Below, one piece after another: positions 1 through 11,420 of a stretch of DNA of 64,000 nucleotides; positions within the stretch are counted from its first letter, which is position 1; each line of letters opens with the position of its first letter. Under the pieces are notes generated by a model, which was not told the origin of the DNA, searched no databases, and saw nothing but the letters and a program-made list of their open reading frames with translations. Source of the stretch: Squalus acanthias (lineage: Eukaryota); contig JASTWF010000034.1 in NCBI GenBank assembly GCA_030390025.1, forward strand, positions 1,550,001-1,614,000. The letters are read 5' to 3'. The position numbers and the translations under genes are program-made.

Positions 1-525
1 GAGAGGGAGAGACTTCTGGAGAGATTCAACGTTGTGTGAAGGAGTTTTGGGTACTGAGCAGCACTTTGCAGGTTCATTTTGATTTGCCATTCCTTGTATC
101 ATTGTATCGATTTAGCAGAGACCGTGGGAGCTGTACTCTGAGCTCTTTGCCTGGTGCTCTCCATTGTTCTTTCCAGCACATTTGATGTGCAAGTCTCTCC
201 AGGCCGAGATTCAAGGCAGCAATGAACAGGATGTGGATGGAAAGCAAGATTAACCATCCCCTTTAAGAACTGGCCCGTGCCATTGTGTGTGTGTTCCATT
301 GCTGACTGACATTACATGAGCTTCGCCAGCGCTCCGAGTTAGCGCCTCACTGCTCGGCCTTTGCGCCTTAAGAGAGGTGTGCAGCACCTGCTTTAGCGCT
401 CCACTCACCTCCCGGGGCGGTAAAAGTGAAGTTTCCCGTCAGTGCCGATAATTAGCGCCAGGCGCTAATATTTGCGTCCGGACGATATTTGCGCCCCAAA
501 TGGGGCGCGACCTGATTTCTACCCC
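1..525. mobile_element. 3' part of a non-autonomous Harbinger/PIF-type DNA element
   Basis: Collinear with 62036-62553 (gagacttctggagagattcaac... through ...ttagcgccaggcgctaa). It ends ...gatttctacccc followed by TAA, the typical Harbinger target. The copy at 62 kb shares its 5' region with the transposase-bearing element at 62556+. Confidence 0.55.
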
Positions 526-959
526 TAAAACTATTAACCAATGACATAAATACCCTGTAAGGACCCAATACTCAATGAAACGCTCTGGAAACATTGAATT
601 CTCACATAGTCATACTCACAGAATCATAACTATCAGTCAACATTCTCGAATCCTCCTTCACCATCCCAGGCTGTGTCCTGTTCCACTGGCAGCACAGGCC
701 AACCAGAGGTGGGGGCACAGGGGTATACAGTCGCGTGGGTGAGCACCTGCGAATCCTCAACTTTGCCTAAGGATATAATGAAGTCTCATGACATCCAGTC
801 AGACATGGGCAAGGTAACCTCCTGCCGATTAACAAATATCGCCATCCCTCAGCTGATGAATCGGCACATCTGAATGATGAACACTAGTTGATGGGAACAC
901 CGAGAGCAGAAAGGGCACAAATTATGCTCTTGGTCGGGAGGAGGAAACGTCTATGTCCA

Positions 960-1680
960 TCACCAAAAGTGGCTCGGAATTACCATCATTCATAAAACGG
1001 GAGAAAATAGAATGAGATAAAACTAGCAAGATATATAAAAGCAGATAGTAAGAGTTTCTACAAGTATCTAAAAAGGAAAAGAGTAGCAAAAGTAAACATT
1101 GGTACATTGGAGACTGAGAAAGTAGAAATTATGGGGAATAAGGCAATTGCAGAAATGTTCAACAAATATTTTGTATCTGTCTTCAAAGTAGAAGACACAA
1201 AATGCATACCAAAAATGGTGGGAACCAAGGGTCTAATGAGAGTGAGGAACTAAATGTAATTGTTATAAGCAGAGAAAATGTACTAGAGAAACTAATGGGA
1301 CTGAGAGTCGACAAATCCCCTGGACCGGACGGCCTACATCCTAGGGTTCTAAAAGAGGTGGTTGATGAGTTAGTGGATGCATTGGTTTTGATCTTCCAAA
1401 ATTCCCTAGATTCTAGAATGGTCCCAGCGGATTGGAAGTTCGCAAAGGAGGGAGAGAAAAGAGGGAACTACAGGCCAGTTAGCCTGACATCAGTCGTCGG
1501 GAAAATGCTGGAATCCATTGTTAAAGAAGTGGCATCAAGTCACTTAGAAAATCATTACATGATTAGGCAGAGTTAACATGGTTTTATGAAAGGGAAATCG
1601 TGTTTGACAAATTTATTAGAGTTTTTAGAGGGTGTAACAAGCAAGGTAGATAAAGGGGAACCAGTGGATGTAGTATATGT
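960..1680 (+). mobile_element. CR1 LINE ORF2 fragment, degenerate
   Basis: ORF 1202-1576 has KSPGPDGLHPRVLKE...NYRPVSLTSVVGKMLE, then HGFMKGKSCLTNLLEF after a stop. Confidence 0.85.
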
Positions 1681-1704
1681 TCTTGTTAGAGCAGAGAAGC
1701 TTAA

Positions 1705-3913
1705 GAAACATAGAAATATGCAATCCTAGAAATTTATGGCACAGAAGGAGTTCTTTCGGCCCATCGAGTCTGTGCTGGTCGCGAAAGAGCTATCCACCCT
1801 AATCCCACTTTCCAGCTCTTGGTCCCTAGTCCTGTAGGTTGCGGCACTTCAATTGCACATCCAAGTACTTTTTAAATGTGATGAGGGTTTCTGCCTCTAC
1901 CACCCATTCCGGCAGTGAGATCTAGAGCCCCACCGCCCTCTGGGTGAAAAAGTTCGCCTCATCTCCCCTCTAATGCTTCTACCAATTACTTTAAATCTAT
2001 TCCCCTGGTTATTGACCTCTCTGCGAAGGGAAATAAGTCCTTCCTATCCACTCTATCCAGGCCCTTCATAATTGTGTGCACCTCAATTAAATCTCCCCTC
2101 AACCTGCTCTGTTCCAAAGAAAAGAACCCCAGCCTATCCAATATTTCTTCATAGCTAAAGTTCCCCAGTCCTGGCAACAAAATCTTAAATCTCCTCTGTA
2201 CCCTCTCTAGTGCAATCACATCTTTCCTGCAATATGATGACCAGACTGTACACAGTAATGTAGCTGTGGTTAAACTAGTGTTTCATACCGTTCTAGCATA
2301 ACGTCCCTGCTCTTATTATCTATACCTCGACTAATAAATCAAAGTATCCTCTATGCCTTCTGAACCAACTTATCTAATTGTCCTGATTTCTTCAGGGATC
2401 TGTGGACATGAACTCCAATGTCCCTCTGTTGCTCTACATTTCTCATTCTCCCCTATCATTTATTGTGTAGCCCCTTGCCTTGTTAGCCCTCCCCAAATGC
2501 ATTATCTCTCACTTCTCCGGATTGAATTCCATTTGCCAATTTTCTGCCCACCAGACCAGTCTATTGATATCTTCCTGCAGCCTAAAGCTTTCTTCTTCAT
2601 TATCAACCACACGGCTAATTTTGTATCATCTGCAAACTTCTTAATCGTGGCTTCAAGACGGAAGTCTACATCATTGATATATACCGCAAAAAGTTTCCGA
2701 CTAATGAGCTCTGCGGAAGCCCACTGAAAACAGCCTTCCAGTCACAAAAACATCAGTCGACCACTACCCTTTGCTTCTTGACACTGAGCCAATTTTGGAT
2801 CCAGCTTGCCCTTGGATGCCATGGGCTTTTATTTTTTTGACCAACATGTCATTTGGGACCTTGTTAAAGGCTTTGCTAATATCGATGTGAACTACATCAA
2901 ATTCACAACCCTCATCGACCCTCCTCGTTACGTTCTCAAAAAATTCAATCAAGTTACTCATGCACAGCCTTCCCTTAAAAAATCCATGCTGTCTGTCCTT
3001 GATTAATACGTAAAATGTCGATTTATATTGGCAATCAGAAATTTTCCAATTATTTTTTTACCACCGAGGATAGGCTGACTGGCCTGCAATTATTCGGTCT
3101 ATCCCTTTCTCCCTTTTTAAACAACGGTACAACGTTAGCAGTCCTCTAGTCCTCTTGACCATGTCAGCAGCCAGAGAGGATTGGAAAAGGATGGTCTGAG
3201 CCTCCGCTATTTCCTCCTTTGCCTCTCTTAAAAGCCTGGGATACATTTCATCCAGCCCTCGAGATTTATATACTTTCAAAGATGCTGAACTCCTTAATGT
3301 TTACTCTCACTAAGTTTATCTCATCTAATATTTCACACTCCTCCTCAACTACAATGTCTACATCTCTGCTGTGAAGACAGACACAAAGTATTTATTAAGA
3401 TCCGTACCCACGTCTTCCGCCTCTACACTCTGTCTGGATACCTTTTCGATCTCTAATAGGCTCAATCTTTCCTTAGTTATCCTCTTGCTCTTTATGTATT
3501 TATAAAATATCTTTGTTTTCCTTGATTTTACTTGCCAATATTTTTGATGCCCTCGCCGTGCTCTAATTTCCTTTTGTTTTTAAATTCACCTCTGCACTTT
3601 CTATACTCCTCTCGGCTTTCTGTCGTGTTGAGCTCTCAGTATCTTTCAAAAGCTTCCCTTTGTTGCGTTATCCTACCCTGTATGTTCCTTGACATCCAAG
3701 GGGCTCTAGGTTTGGGAAAACCTTCCTTTATTATTTTTCGGAACATATTTGCTCTGAAGCCTGACTATCTCCTCTTTGACTGCCTCCTGGCACTGATTTC
3801 CCTTCAAGAAGCTGTTTCCAATCCACTTTTGTAACATCACATTTCAGCTTAGTAAAATTGGCCTTTCCCCAATTCAGAACTTTTACACCTGGCCTATCTT
3901 TGTCCTTTTCCAT
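1705..3913 (-). mobile_element. CR1 LINE, 3' portion of ORF2 plus 3' UTR, degenerate
   Basis: Minus-strand pieces LNWGKANF, KSRGLDEMYPRLLRE, NLIEFFENVT...DISKAF and LERVQRRF...RLRGDLIE. Inverted counterpart of 9211-11420. Confidence 0.85.
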
Positions 3914-3914
3914 A

Positions 3915-4265
3915 AGGGGAGATACAATTGTTGGAAATCATGCTGGGTTTTGAGCGAGTAAGTCACTTTCCAGTGGCAGAATAGTGGGTAACCAGAGGGC
4001 ACAGATTTAATGTAATTGGCAAAAGAACCAGAGGAGAGATGAGGAGAATTTATCTTTACGCAGTGAGTTGTTGTGATCTGGAATGCACTGACTCAGAATG
4101 TGGTGGAAGCAGATTCAATAGTAATTTTCGAAAGGGAATGGGATAATTAGTTGATTTACAGGGCTCTGGCTAAAGAGCAGGGCTACTTAGATAGCTCTTT
4201 CAAAGAGTCGGCATGGACACGATGGGCCGAATGCTCTCCTCCTGTGCTGTGCAATTCTATGATTC
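3915..4265 (+). mobile_element. CR1 LINE 3' end fragment
   Basis: accagagggcacagattt...tggaatgcactg...gatgggccgaatg...ttctatgattct tail. Inverted counterpart at 8835-9210. Confidence 0.75.
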
Positions 4266-4429
4266 TTTGAGCAAGAGAAAGAAGGAGAAAGAAAGAGACA
4301 AATAAAAATAGTGACAGAAAGACTGGGAGAGTTACAGAGGTAAATAAATTAACTTTAAAATAGGAATTGGTTAAACACTTGAAGGGGAACAATTTGCAGG
4401 ACTATGGGAAAAGAGCAGGGATTGGAACT

Positions 4430-4920
4430 AATTGTAGGGGTGAGGCCATGGTGGAATTTGATCTTAAGGATGAGAATATTATAATAGAGTTGTCGCCAGA
4501 TCGGGAGCAAATGTTGGTCAGTGAGCACAGGGGGGATGGATGAACGGGATATGATGCGAGTTAGGATATGGGCAGCAGAGTTTTGAATGAGCTCTAGTTT
4601 ATGCAGGCTTGTAACTGGGAGGCCGGACAGGGGAGCATTGGAATAGTCGAGTCTGAATTTAACAAAGGCACGGATGAGGGTTTCTGCAGCGGAAGGGCTG
4701 AGGTGGAGCGGAGATGGGTGAAATTTTGGAGGTGGTAGTAGGCAGGACTGGTGATTCAGAAGATATGACTTCGGAAATCAGCTCAGGGACAAAGAGATCG
4801 CAGAGATTGCAAACAGCCTGGTCCAGCCTCAGACATTGACCAGGGAGGGGGATTGAATCGGTAGATTGAGAATGGAGTTCGTGACGAGGTCCGAAGACAA
4901 TGGCTTTGCTCTTCCCAAGA
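4430..4920 (-). mobile_element. L2-like LINE 3' fragment
   Basis: The reverse complement reads tcatccgtgcc...agactcgactattccaatgctccc...aaactctgctgcccatatcctaactcgc, the conserved L2 C-terminal region (RLDYSN, QNSAA). Mirror copy at about 8300-8610. Confidence 0.6.
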
Positions 4921-4988
4921 TTTAAATGACAAACAGTAATACAGTGAAATGTGGTTTACAGATCCAATTTCTGGATATAGAGACTTAC

Positions 4989-5366
4989 CAACGACACCAA
5001 CAGCAGCAAGGAGGAGATACTAAAAGTGTTGAATAATCACAAGTGCCAACTCCATCCGTCTGTCTAATGATAGATAATCAGAATAATATGAAAGAAAGTC
5101 AAACAGCGAGCTGAAACTCCTGCCCATTGTTGTAGCATTCCAATCTACTGTTCTCAGATTCCGATCCATTGCTGTAACATTCAATCTACTGTCCTCAGAT
5201 TCCGATCCATTGTTGTAACATTCCAATCTACTGCTCTCAGATTCCGATCCACTGCTGTAACATTCCAATCTACTGGTCTCAGATTCCGTCTCCCTCTCTG
5301 TGGAGAAGCACGCTGATTAATGCTAGTGCCGGAGGTGATGCTCTCACTGACACTATGGGATAACAT
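4989..5366 (-). pseudogene. GPR139-like: Gene A: exon 1 of a GPR139-like GPCR, disabled; exon 2 lies left of the window
   Basis: Paralogous to gene B exon 1: ...ALVIIQHF*YLLLAAVGVV G|GTAAGT, donor GT at 4988. TAG at 5022-5020 where B has TAC (Tyr), and a 1-nt deletion near 5182 inside a 42-nt repeat unit. Confidence 0.8.
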
Positions 5367-5374
5367 ATTAAAAT

Positions 5375-5530
5375 GAGTCCCTTATTAATAGAAGAGGGAA
5401 ACCCTGCACTGATACAATTAGAGTCCATGGAGACTGACATTAATTACAGTCACTGAAAAAACATCTTCAGTTAACCCGTGGAGACTGACATTAATTACAG
5501 TCACTGAACAAACAGATTCAGTTAACCCCT
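5375..5530 (-). promoter_or_regulatory. Putative proximal promoter of gene A: TATA-like TATTAATAAG plus a 2 x 51-bp repeat
   Basis: TATTAATAAG on - near 5381-5390. The 51-bp unit agactgacattaattacagtcactgaa... starts at 5431 and 5482. Conserved in mirror form upstream of gene B. Confidence 0.5.
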
Positions 5531-5569
5531 TTCAATCCAAAAGTTTTTGTACCACAGTGAAGTAGAATA

Positions 5570-5935
5570 TTTCCTAGGTCCGGATGGGATGTATGAGGGT
5601 TGCTGAGGGAAGAAATTGTGGAAATAGCGCAGGCTCTGGCCAGAATCTTTCAATCCTCCTCGGATATGGGAGTGGTGGCCGAGCACTGGAGGGTTGCAAA
5701 TGTTCAACCCTGTTGAAAAAAGGAGAGAGGGATAAAACCTGTAACTGCAGGCCAGTCAGCCTAACGTCAGTGGTGGGGAAACTTCTAGAGGCCATATTCC
5801 CGGAGAAAACTATCTGGTTTTGAAAAAATCATGGATTAATAAATGACAACCAGCACAGATATGTTAACAGCAAAGTGTGTCTGACAAACTTGATTGAGTT
5901 CTGTGATGAAGTAACGCAGAGGGTTGATGAGGGTT
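5570..5935 (+). mobile_element. CR1 LINE ORF2 fragment
   Basis: KKGERDKTCNCRPVSLTSVVGKLLE. Inverted copy of 7270-7570. Confidence 0.75.
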
Positions 5936-6089
5936 TATAAAATTGTCAACACACCTTGTCTCACCAGCCCATTGTGTTTGCTTTTCTGCTGTTGCCTTTA
6001 TTACAGTTCAAGTAACGATTAGAATCTGGCTCAAAAACTGCAGAACGCCCATTCTACACATGATACAATGACTCAATGGATTCTGTTGT

Positions 6090-7575
6090 CACAGAATCAC
6101 TGAATCATACAGCACAGAAGAAGGCCATTCGGTCCATTGTGCCTGTGCCGGCTCGTTGAAAGAGCTATTCAATTAGTTCCACACCCTTGTTATTTTCCGT
6201 TAGCCTTGCAAATCCCTCACTTCCAGTATTGATCGCGTTCCCTTTTGAAATTTATTATTGAATCTACTTCTATCACCTTTCCAGGCAGTGCATTCCAGAT
6301 CATAACAACTCGCTGCGGAGAACAAATGCTCCTCATCTTCCCTCTGGATCTTTTGCCAATTATCTTAAATCTGTGTCTTCTGGTTACCAGCCCTTCTGCC
6401 ACTGGAAACAGTTTCTCATTATTTACTCTATCCAAACACTTGAACACCTCCATTAAATCCCCCACTTAACCTTCTCTGCTCGAAGGTTAAAAATCTCAGC
6501 TTCTCCAGTCTCTCCATATAACTGAAACGTCTAATCTCTGGTACCATTCCAGTAATTCTCCTCTGCACCTTCTCCAAGGCCTCATAACGTGCGGTGCCCA
6601 GAATTGGACAGAATACTCCAGCTACGGCCTAACCGGTCATTTATAAAGGTTTATCATAACGTCCATGCTTTTGTACTCTATGCCTCTATTTATAAAGCCA
6701 AATATCCTGTATGTGTTTTTTACAATCTTACAACTTGCCCTGCCACATTCAAAGATTTGTGCACATAAACTCCCAGGTCTCTCTGTACCTGCACTCCATT
6801 CAAAATTGTACCATTTAGTTTATATTGCCGCTCCTCATTTTTCCTCCCAAAGTGTATCACTTCACATTCCTTTGTGTTAAGTTTGATCTGCCATGTGTCT
6901 GCCCATTTCACCCGTCTGTCTATGTGCTCCTGAAGTCTGCTACTCTCTTCACTATTTACTACATTTCTGAGCTCCGTGTCATCTCCAAACTTTGAAATTA
7001 TGCCTTTAAACTTAAGTCCAGGCCATTAATGTCTATCAGAAAGAGCACTGGCCCTAATATCGAGCCCTGGGGGACACCACTGTATACTTCCCTTCTGTCT
7101 GAAAAACAACCGTTCACCACTACTCGCTGTTATCTGTCCCACAGCCAATCTCGTATCCACGCAGCCACGGCCCCTTTCATCCCATGGGTTTCCGTTTCCC
7201 TATCTAGTCTATTAAGTGGTACTTAATCAAACACCATTAGAAAGTCCATATACACAACATCAACTCCGCTACCCTCATTGACCCTCTCCGTTACTTCATC
7301 AAATAACTCAATAAAGATTGTCAGACACACATAGACTTTTAAAAAATCTGCGCTGTTTGTCATTTATTCCTCCATGTTTTTTTCCAAATGACAGACAATT
7401 TTGTCCTGGAATATGGCCTCTGCAAGTTTCCCCACCACCGACGTTAGGCTGACTGGTCTGCAGTTACAGGGTTTATCACTCTCTCCTTTTTTAAACAGGG
7501 AGTAACATTTGCAACCCTCCAGTCCTCTGGCACCACTCATTCCTTCCCTCAGCAACCCTGATACATCCCATCCGG
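6090..7575 (-). mobile_element. CR1 LINE 3' half, degenerate
   Basis: Minus-strand pieces [23 protein letters not shown] motif near 7060, WADTWQIKLNTKECEVIHFG and TRRHRFK...VMIWNALP. Confidence 0.85.
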
Positions 7576-7624
7576 ACCGTGGAATTGTTCTACTTTACTG
7601 TGGTACAAAGAGTGCTGGATTGAA

Positions 7625-7780
7625 AGGGGTTAACTGAAGCTGTTTGTTCAGTGACTGCAATTAATGTCAGTCTCCGCGGGTTAACTGAAGCTGTTTGTTC
7701 AGTGACTGTAATTAATGTCAGTCTCCATGGACCCTAATTGTTTCAGTGCAGGTTTTCTCTCTTCTATTAATAAGGGACAT
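7625..7780 (+). promoter_or_regulatory. Putative proximal promoter of gene B: 2 x 51-bp repeat plus TATA-like TATTAATAAG
   Basis: Two tandem units gttaactgaagctgtttgttcagtgactg(c/t)aattaatgtcagtctcc, then ctattaataagggac near 7764-7778, about 130 bp before the first in-frame ATG. Confidence 0.5.
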
Positions 7781-7899
7781 ATTTCATTGTGTTATCCCAT
7801 AGTGTCAGTGAAAGCATCACCTCCGGCACGAACAGCGATCAGCGCGCTGCTGTACAGAGAGGGAGTCGGAATCTGAGAACAGGAGATTGGAATGTTACA

Positions 7900-8080
7900 A
7901 TGGATCAGAATATGAGAACAGTAGATTGGAATGTTACAACAATGGACAGGAGTTTCATCTGGGAGTTTGACCACCTTTCAGAATATTATGATAGATTGTT
8001 ATTAGAGGATCGGATCTATTATGCACTTGTGATTATTCAGCACTTTTACTATCCCCTCCTCGCTGCTGTTGGTGTTCCTG
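7900..8080 (+). CDS. GPR139-like: Gene B exon 1: N-terminus and start of TM1 of a GPR139-like class A GPCR
   Basis: First in-frame ATG at 7900: MDQNMRTVDWNVTTMDRSFIWEFDHLSEYYDRLLLEDRIYYALVIIQHFYYPLLAAVGVP-G|GTAAGT. The phase-1 donor at 8081 joins in frame to the acceptor at 21657, giving GVPVNLVTVVIL. Confidence 0.85.
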
Positions 8081-8299
8081 GTAAGTCTCTCTATCCAGCT
8101 ACTAATCCTATAGACCACGTTTAACTGCATTGCTGTTCTTGTCATTTACTCTCCACTTCTTTTTGCTGTTGTTGTTCCTGATAAGTCTCTGTATCCAACT
8201 ATTAACTCTGTAAACCTTTGCTAACTGTATTACTCTTCTGGTAATTTACTCTCCCCTCTTTGGTGTCAATGTAATATCCAGAAAATAGATCTGTAATTC

Positions 8300-8610
8300 T
8301 CGGAATCACAAGTCGTGCCGACCACAACCTTCAGAATATCGCCTGTCTCCGCCCCGCCTCAACCCTTCTGCTGCATAAACCCTCATCCGTGCCTTTGTTA
8401 AATCCAGACTCGACTATTCCAATGGTCCCCTGACCGGCCTCCCAGTTACAAGCCTCCATAAACTAGATCTCATCTAAAATTCTGCTGCCCTTATCCTAAT
8501 CCGTTTCATGTCCCGTTCACCCATGTCGCTGACCGACATTTGATTCCAATCCGGCAACGCCTTTACCTTAATATTCTACTACTTGTATTCAAATCCGACC
8601 ATGACCTCAC
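8300..8610 (+). mobile_element. L2-like LINE 3' fragment
   Basis: ctcatccgtgcctttgttaaatccagactcgactattccaatg...; mirror of 4430-4920. Confidence 0.6.
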
Positions 8611-8834
8611 CCCTTCTATTATTCCCATGCCCCTGCTCTTTTCCCATAGTGATGAAAATTGTTCCCCTTCAGGTACTTATCCAATTCCCCTTTTAAATTT
8701 ATTTTTTCCCTCTGTACCTCTCCCAGTCTTTCTGTCTCTCTTTTTATTTCTCTCTTTGTCTCTCTCCCCTCTTCTCTCTCTCCCCCTCTTCTCTCTCTGC
8801 CACTCTTCTCTCTCTCTCTCTGTCTCCTGCTGAT

Positions 8835-9210
8835 AGAATCATAGAACAGTACAGCACAGACCGGCACCATTTGGCTCATCGTGCCCGTGCCGTCTCTTTG
8901 AAAGAGCTATCTAATGAGTCCTACTCAATAGCTAGAGCCCTGTAAAAAATTCCCCTTCAACTAATTATCCAATTCCCTTTCAAAAGTTACTGTTGAATCT
9001 GTTTCTACCGCGTTCTCAGTCAGTGCATTCCAGAACACAACAAATCGCTGCGTAGAGCAAATTGTCCTCATCTCTCCTCCGGTTCTTTTGCCAATTACCT
9101 AAAATCTGTGCCCTCTGGTTACCCACCATTCTGCCACTGGAAACAGTTTCGACTTACTTACTCTATCAAATCCCATCATGATTTTGAACGTCTATATTAA
9201 ATCTCCCCTT
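8835..9210 (-). mobile_element. CR1 LINE 3' end fragment
   Basis: Tail atagaatcatagaa on the + strand. Mirror of 3915-4265. Confidence 0.7.
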
Positions 9211-11420
9211 ATGGAAAAGGACAAAGATAGATCAGGTGTAACAGTTTTCAATTGCGGAAAGGCTATTTGTATTCAGTTGAGGTGAGATTTAGCAAAAGTG
9301 GACTGAAAACAGCTACTTGAATGGAAATCGGTGTCAGAGCCGTGGGGAGCATTCAAGGAGGAGATAATGAGGTTTCAGAGCAAATATGTTGCCACAAAGA
9401 AATAGGATGTGATCCCCAATTCTAGTTTACCCCGGATGTCAAGAGATATACAGGGTAGTATGAGGAATAAATTGGAAGCTTTTGACAGATACCGAGAGCT
9501 GAATACTACAGAAAGCCTAGAAGGGTATACAACGTGCAGGGTTGAAATTAAAAAGGAAATTAGGAAAGCAAAGAAAGGGCACGAAAATAAATTGGCAAAC
9601 AAAATCAAGGAAAACCCAAAGAGGTTTTATAAATACATAAATATCAAGAGGATAACTAAGGAAACAGTAGGGCCATTTAGAGACCAAGAAGGTAACCAGA
9701 GTGTGGAGGCAGAAGACGTTTTGTAAGGTTCTTAATGAATACTTTGCATCTGTCTTCACAGCAGAGAGGGACAATGCAGACATTTTGGTTAAGGAGGAGT
9801 GTGAATTATTAGATCAGATAAACATAGCGAGAGGGGAAATATTAAGGGGTTTGGCACCTTTAAAAGTAGATAAATCACGAGGCCCGGATGGAATGTATCC
9901 CAGGCTGTTAAGAGAGCTAAGGGAAGAAATAGCGGAGGCTCAGATCATCATATTTCGACCGTCTCTGGTTACTGGTGTAGTGCCAGAGGACTCCTAACGT
10001 TGTATCGTTGTTTAAAAAGGTAGAAAGGGTTAGAGCAAACAATTAAAGGCCAGTCCGCCTAACCTCGTTGGTGGAAAAAGTATTAGAAAAGTTCTGAGGG
10101 ATATTACAAATCGGCATTTAGAAAGGCACGGATTAATCAAGAACAGTCAGCGTGGATTTGTAAAGGAAAGGTCGTGTCTGACTAAATTGATTGCATTTTT
10201 TGAGGAGGGTCAATGAGGGTAGTGTATTTGATGTTGTCCACATAGATATTAGCAGGGCCTTTGACACGGTCCCACATGACAGGTTGGTCAAAAAGTAAAA
10301 ACGCATGGGATCCAAGGTTAAGTGGCAAAGTGGACAAAAATTGGCTCAGTGGCAGGAAGCAAAAGGTAATGGTCGACTGGTGTTTCTGTGACTTGAAAGC
10401 TGTTTCCAATTGGGTTCCACAGGGCTCAGTACTCGGTCCCCTGCTGTTTGTGGTATATATCAATGATTTAGACTTCAATGTTGAGGCCATGATTAAGAAG
10501 TTTGCTGATGATACATAAATCGTCCATGTGGTTGATAAGAAAGCTGTAAACTGCAGGAAGATATCAATGATCTCGTCAGCTGGGCAGAAATGTGGCAATG
10601 GAATTCAATCCAGTGAAGTGTGAGGTGATACATTTGGGGAGGGCAAAAAACAAAAGGGAATACACAATAAATGGTAGGATACTGAGAAGTGTAGAGGAAC
10701 AAAGTGACTTTGGAGTGCATGTCTGCAGATCCCTGAAAGTAGAGGACATGTAAATAGGGTAGTTAAGAAGGCATATGGCATACTTTGCTTTATTAGCCTA
10801 GGCATAGAACATAAGAGCAGGGAGGTTCTGCTTGAACTGTATGAAACACTAGTTGGACCACAGCTAGAGTACTGTGTACAGTTCTAGTCATCACATTACA
10901 GGAAATATGTGGTTGCACTAGAGACATTTCAGAGGAGATTTACGAGGATGTTGCATGGGCTGGGGAATTTTAGCTGAGGAAAGATTGGATAGGCTGGGGT
11001 TGTTTATTTAGAACAGATGAGGCTGAGGGAAGATTTAATTGAGGTGTATAAAATTATGAGGAGCCTAGATAGATTGAACAGGTAGCATCTATTTCCCTTA
11101 GCACAGAAATCAATAACCAGGGGCATAGATTTAAAGTAATTGGGAGAAGGATTAGAGTGGAGAAGAGGATAATTGTTTTCACCGAGAGGGTGGTGGCGGT
11201 CTAGAACTGACTGCCTGAAAGGGTGGTAGGGGCTGAAACCCTCATCACATTTAAAACGTATTTGGATATGCACTTGAAGTGCTTTAACCTATAGGGCTAC
11301 GGACCAAAAGCTGGTAATTGGAATTAGGCTGGATAGATCTTTTTCGACCGGCGTATACACGATGGGCCGACTGTCCTCTTTCAGTGCTGTAAATTTCTAT
11401 GATTCTATAATTCTATGATT
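9211..11420 (+). mobile_element. CR1 LINE ORF2 3' portion, degenerate
   Basis: KIKENPKRFYKYI, LNEYFASVFT, KSRGPDGMYPRLLRE, VPQGSVLGPLLFVVYINDLD...KFADDT; ends in ttctatgattcta repeats. Confidence 0.9.

Noticed and set aside
7789..7899. N-terminal extension of gene B starting at GTG 7789
   Set aside because: Non-ATG start only about 15 bp after the TATA-like box, probably 5' UTR; the first ATG is at 7900. The matching ATG at 5366 in gene A is equally close to its TATA-like box.
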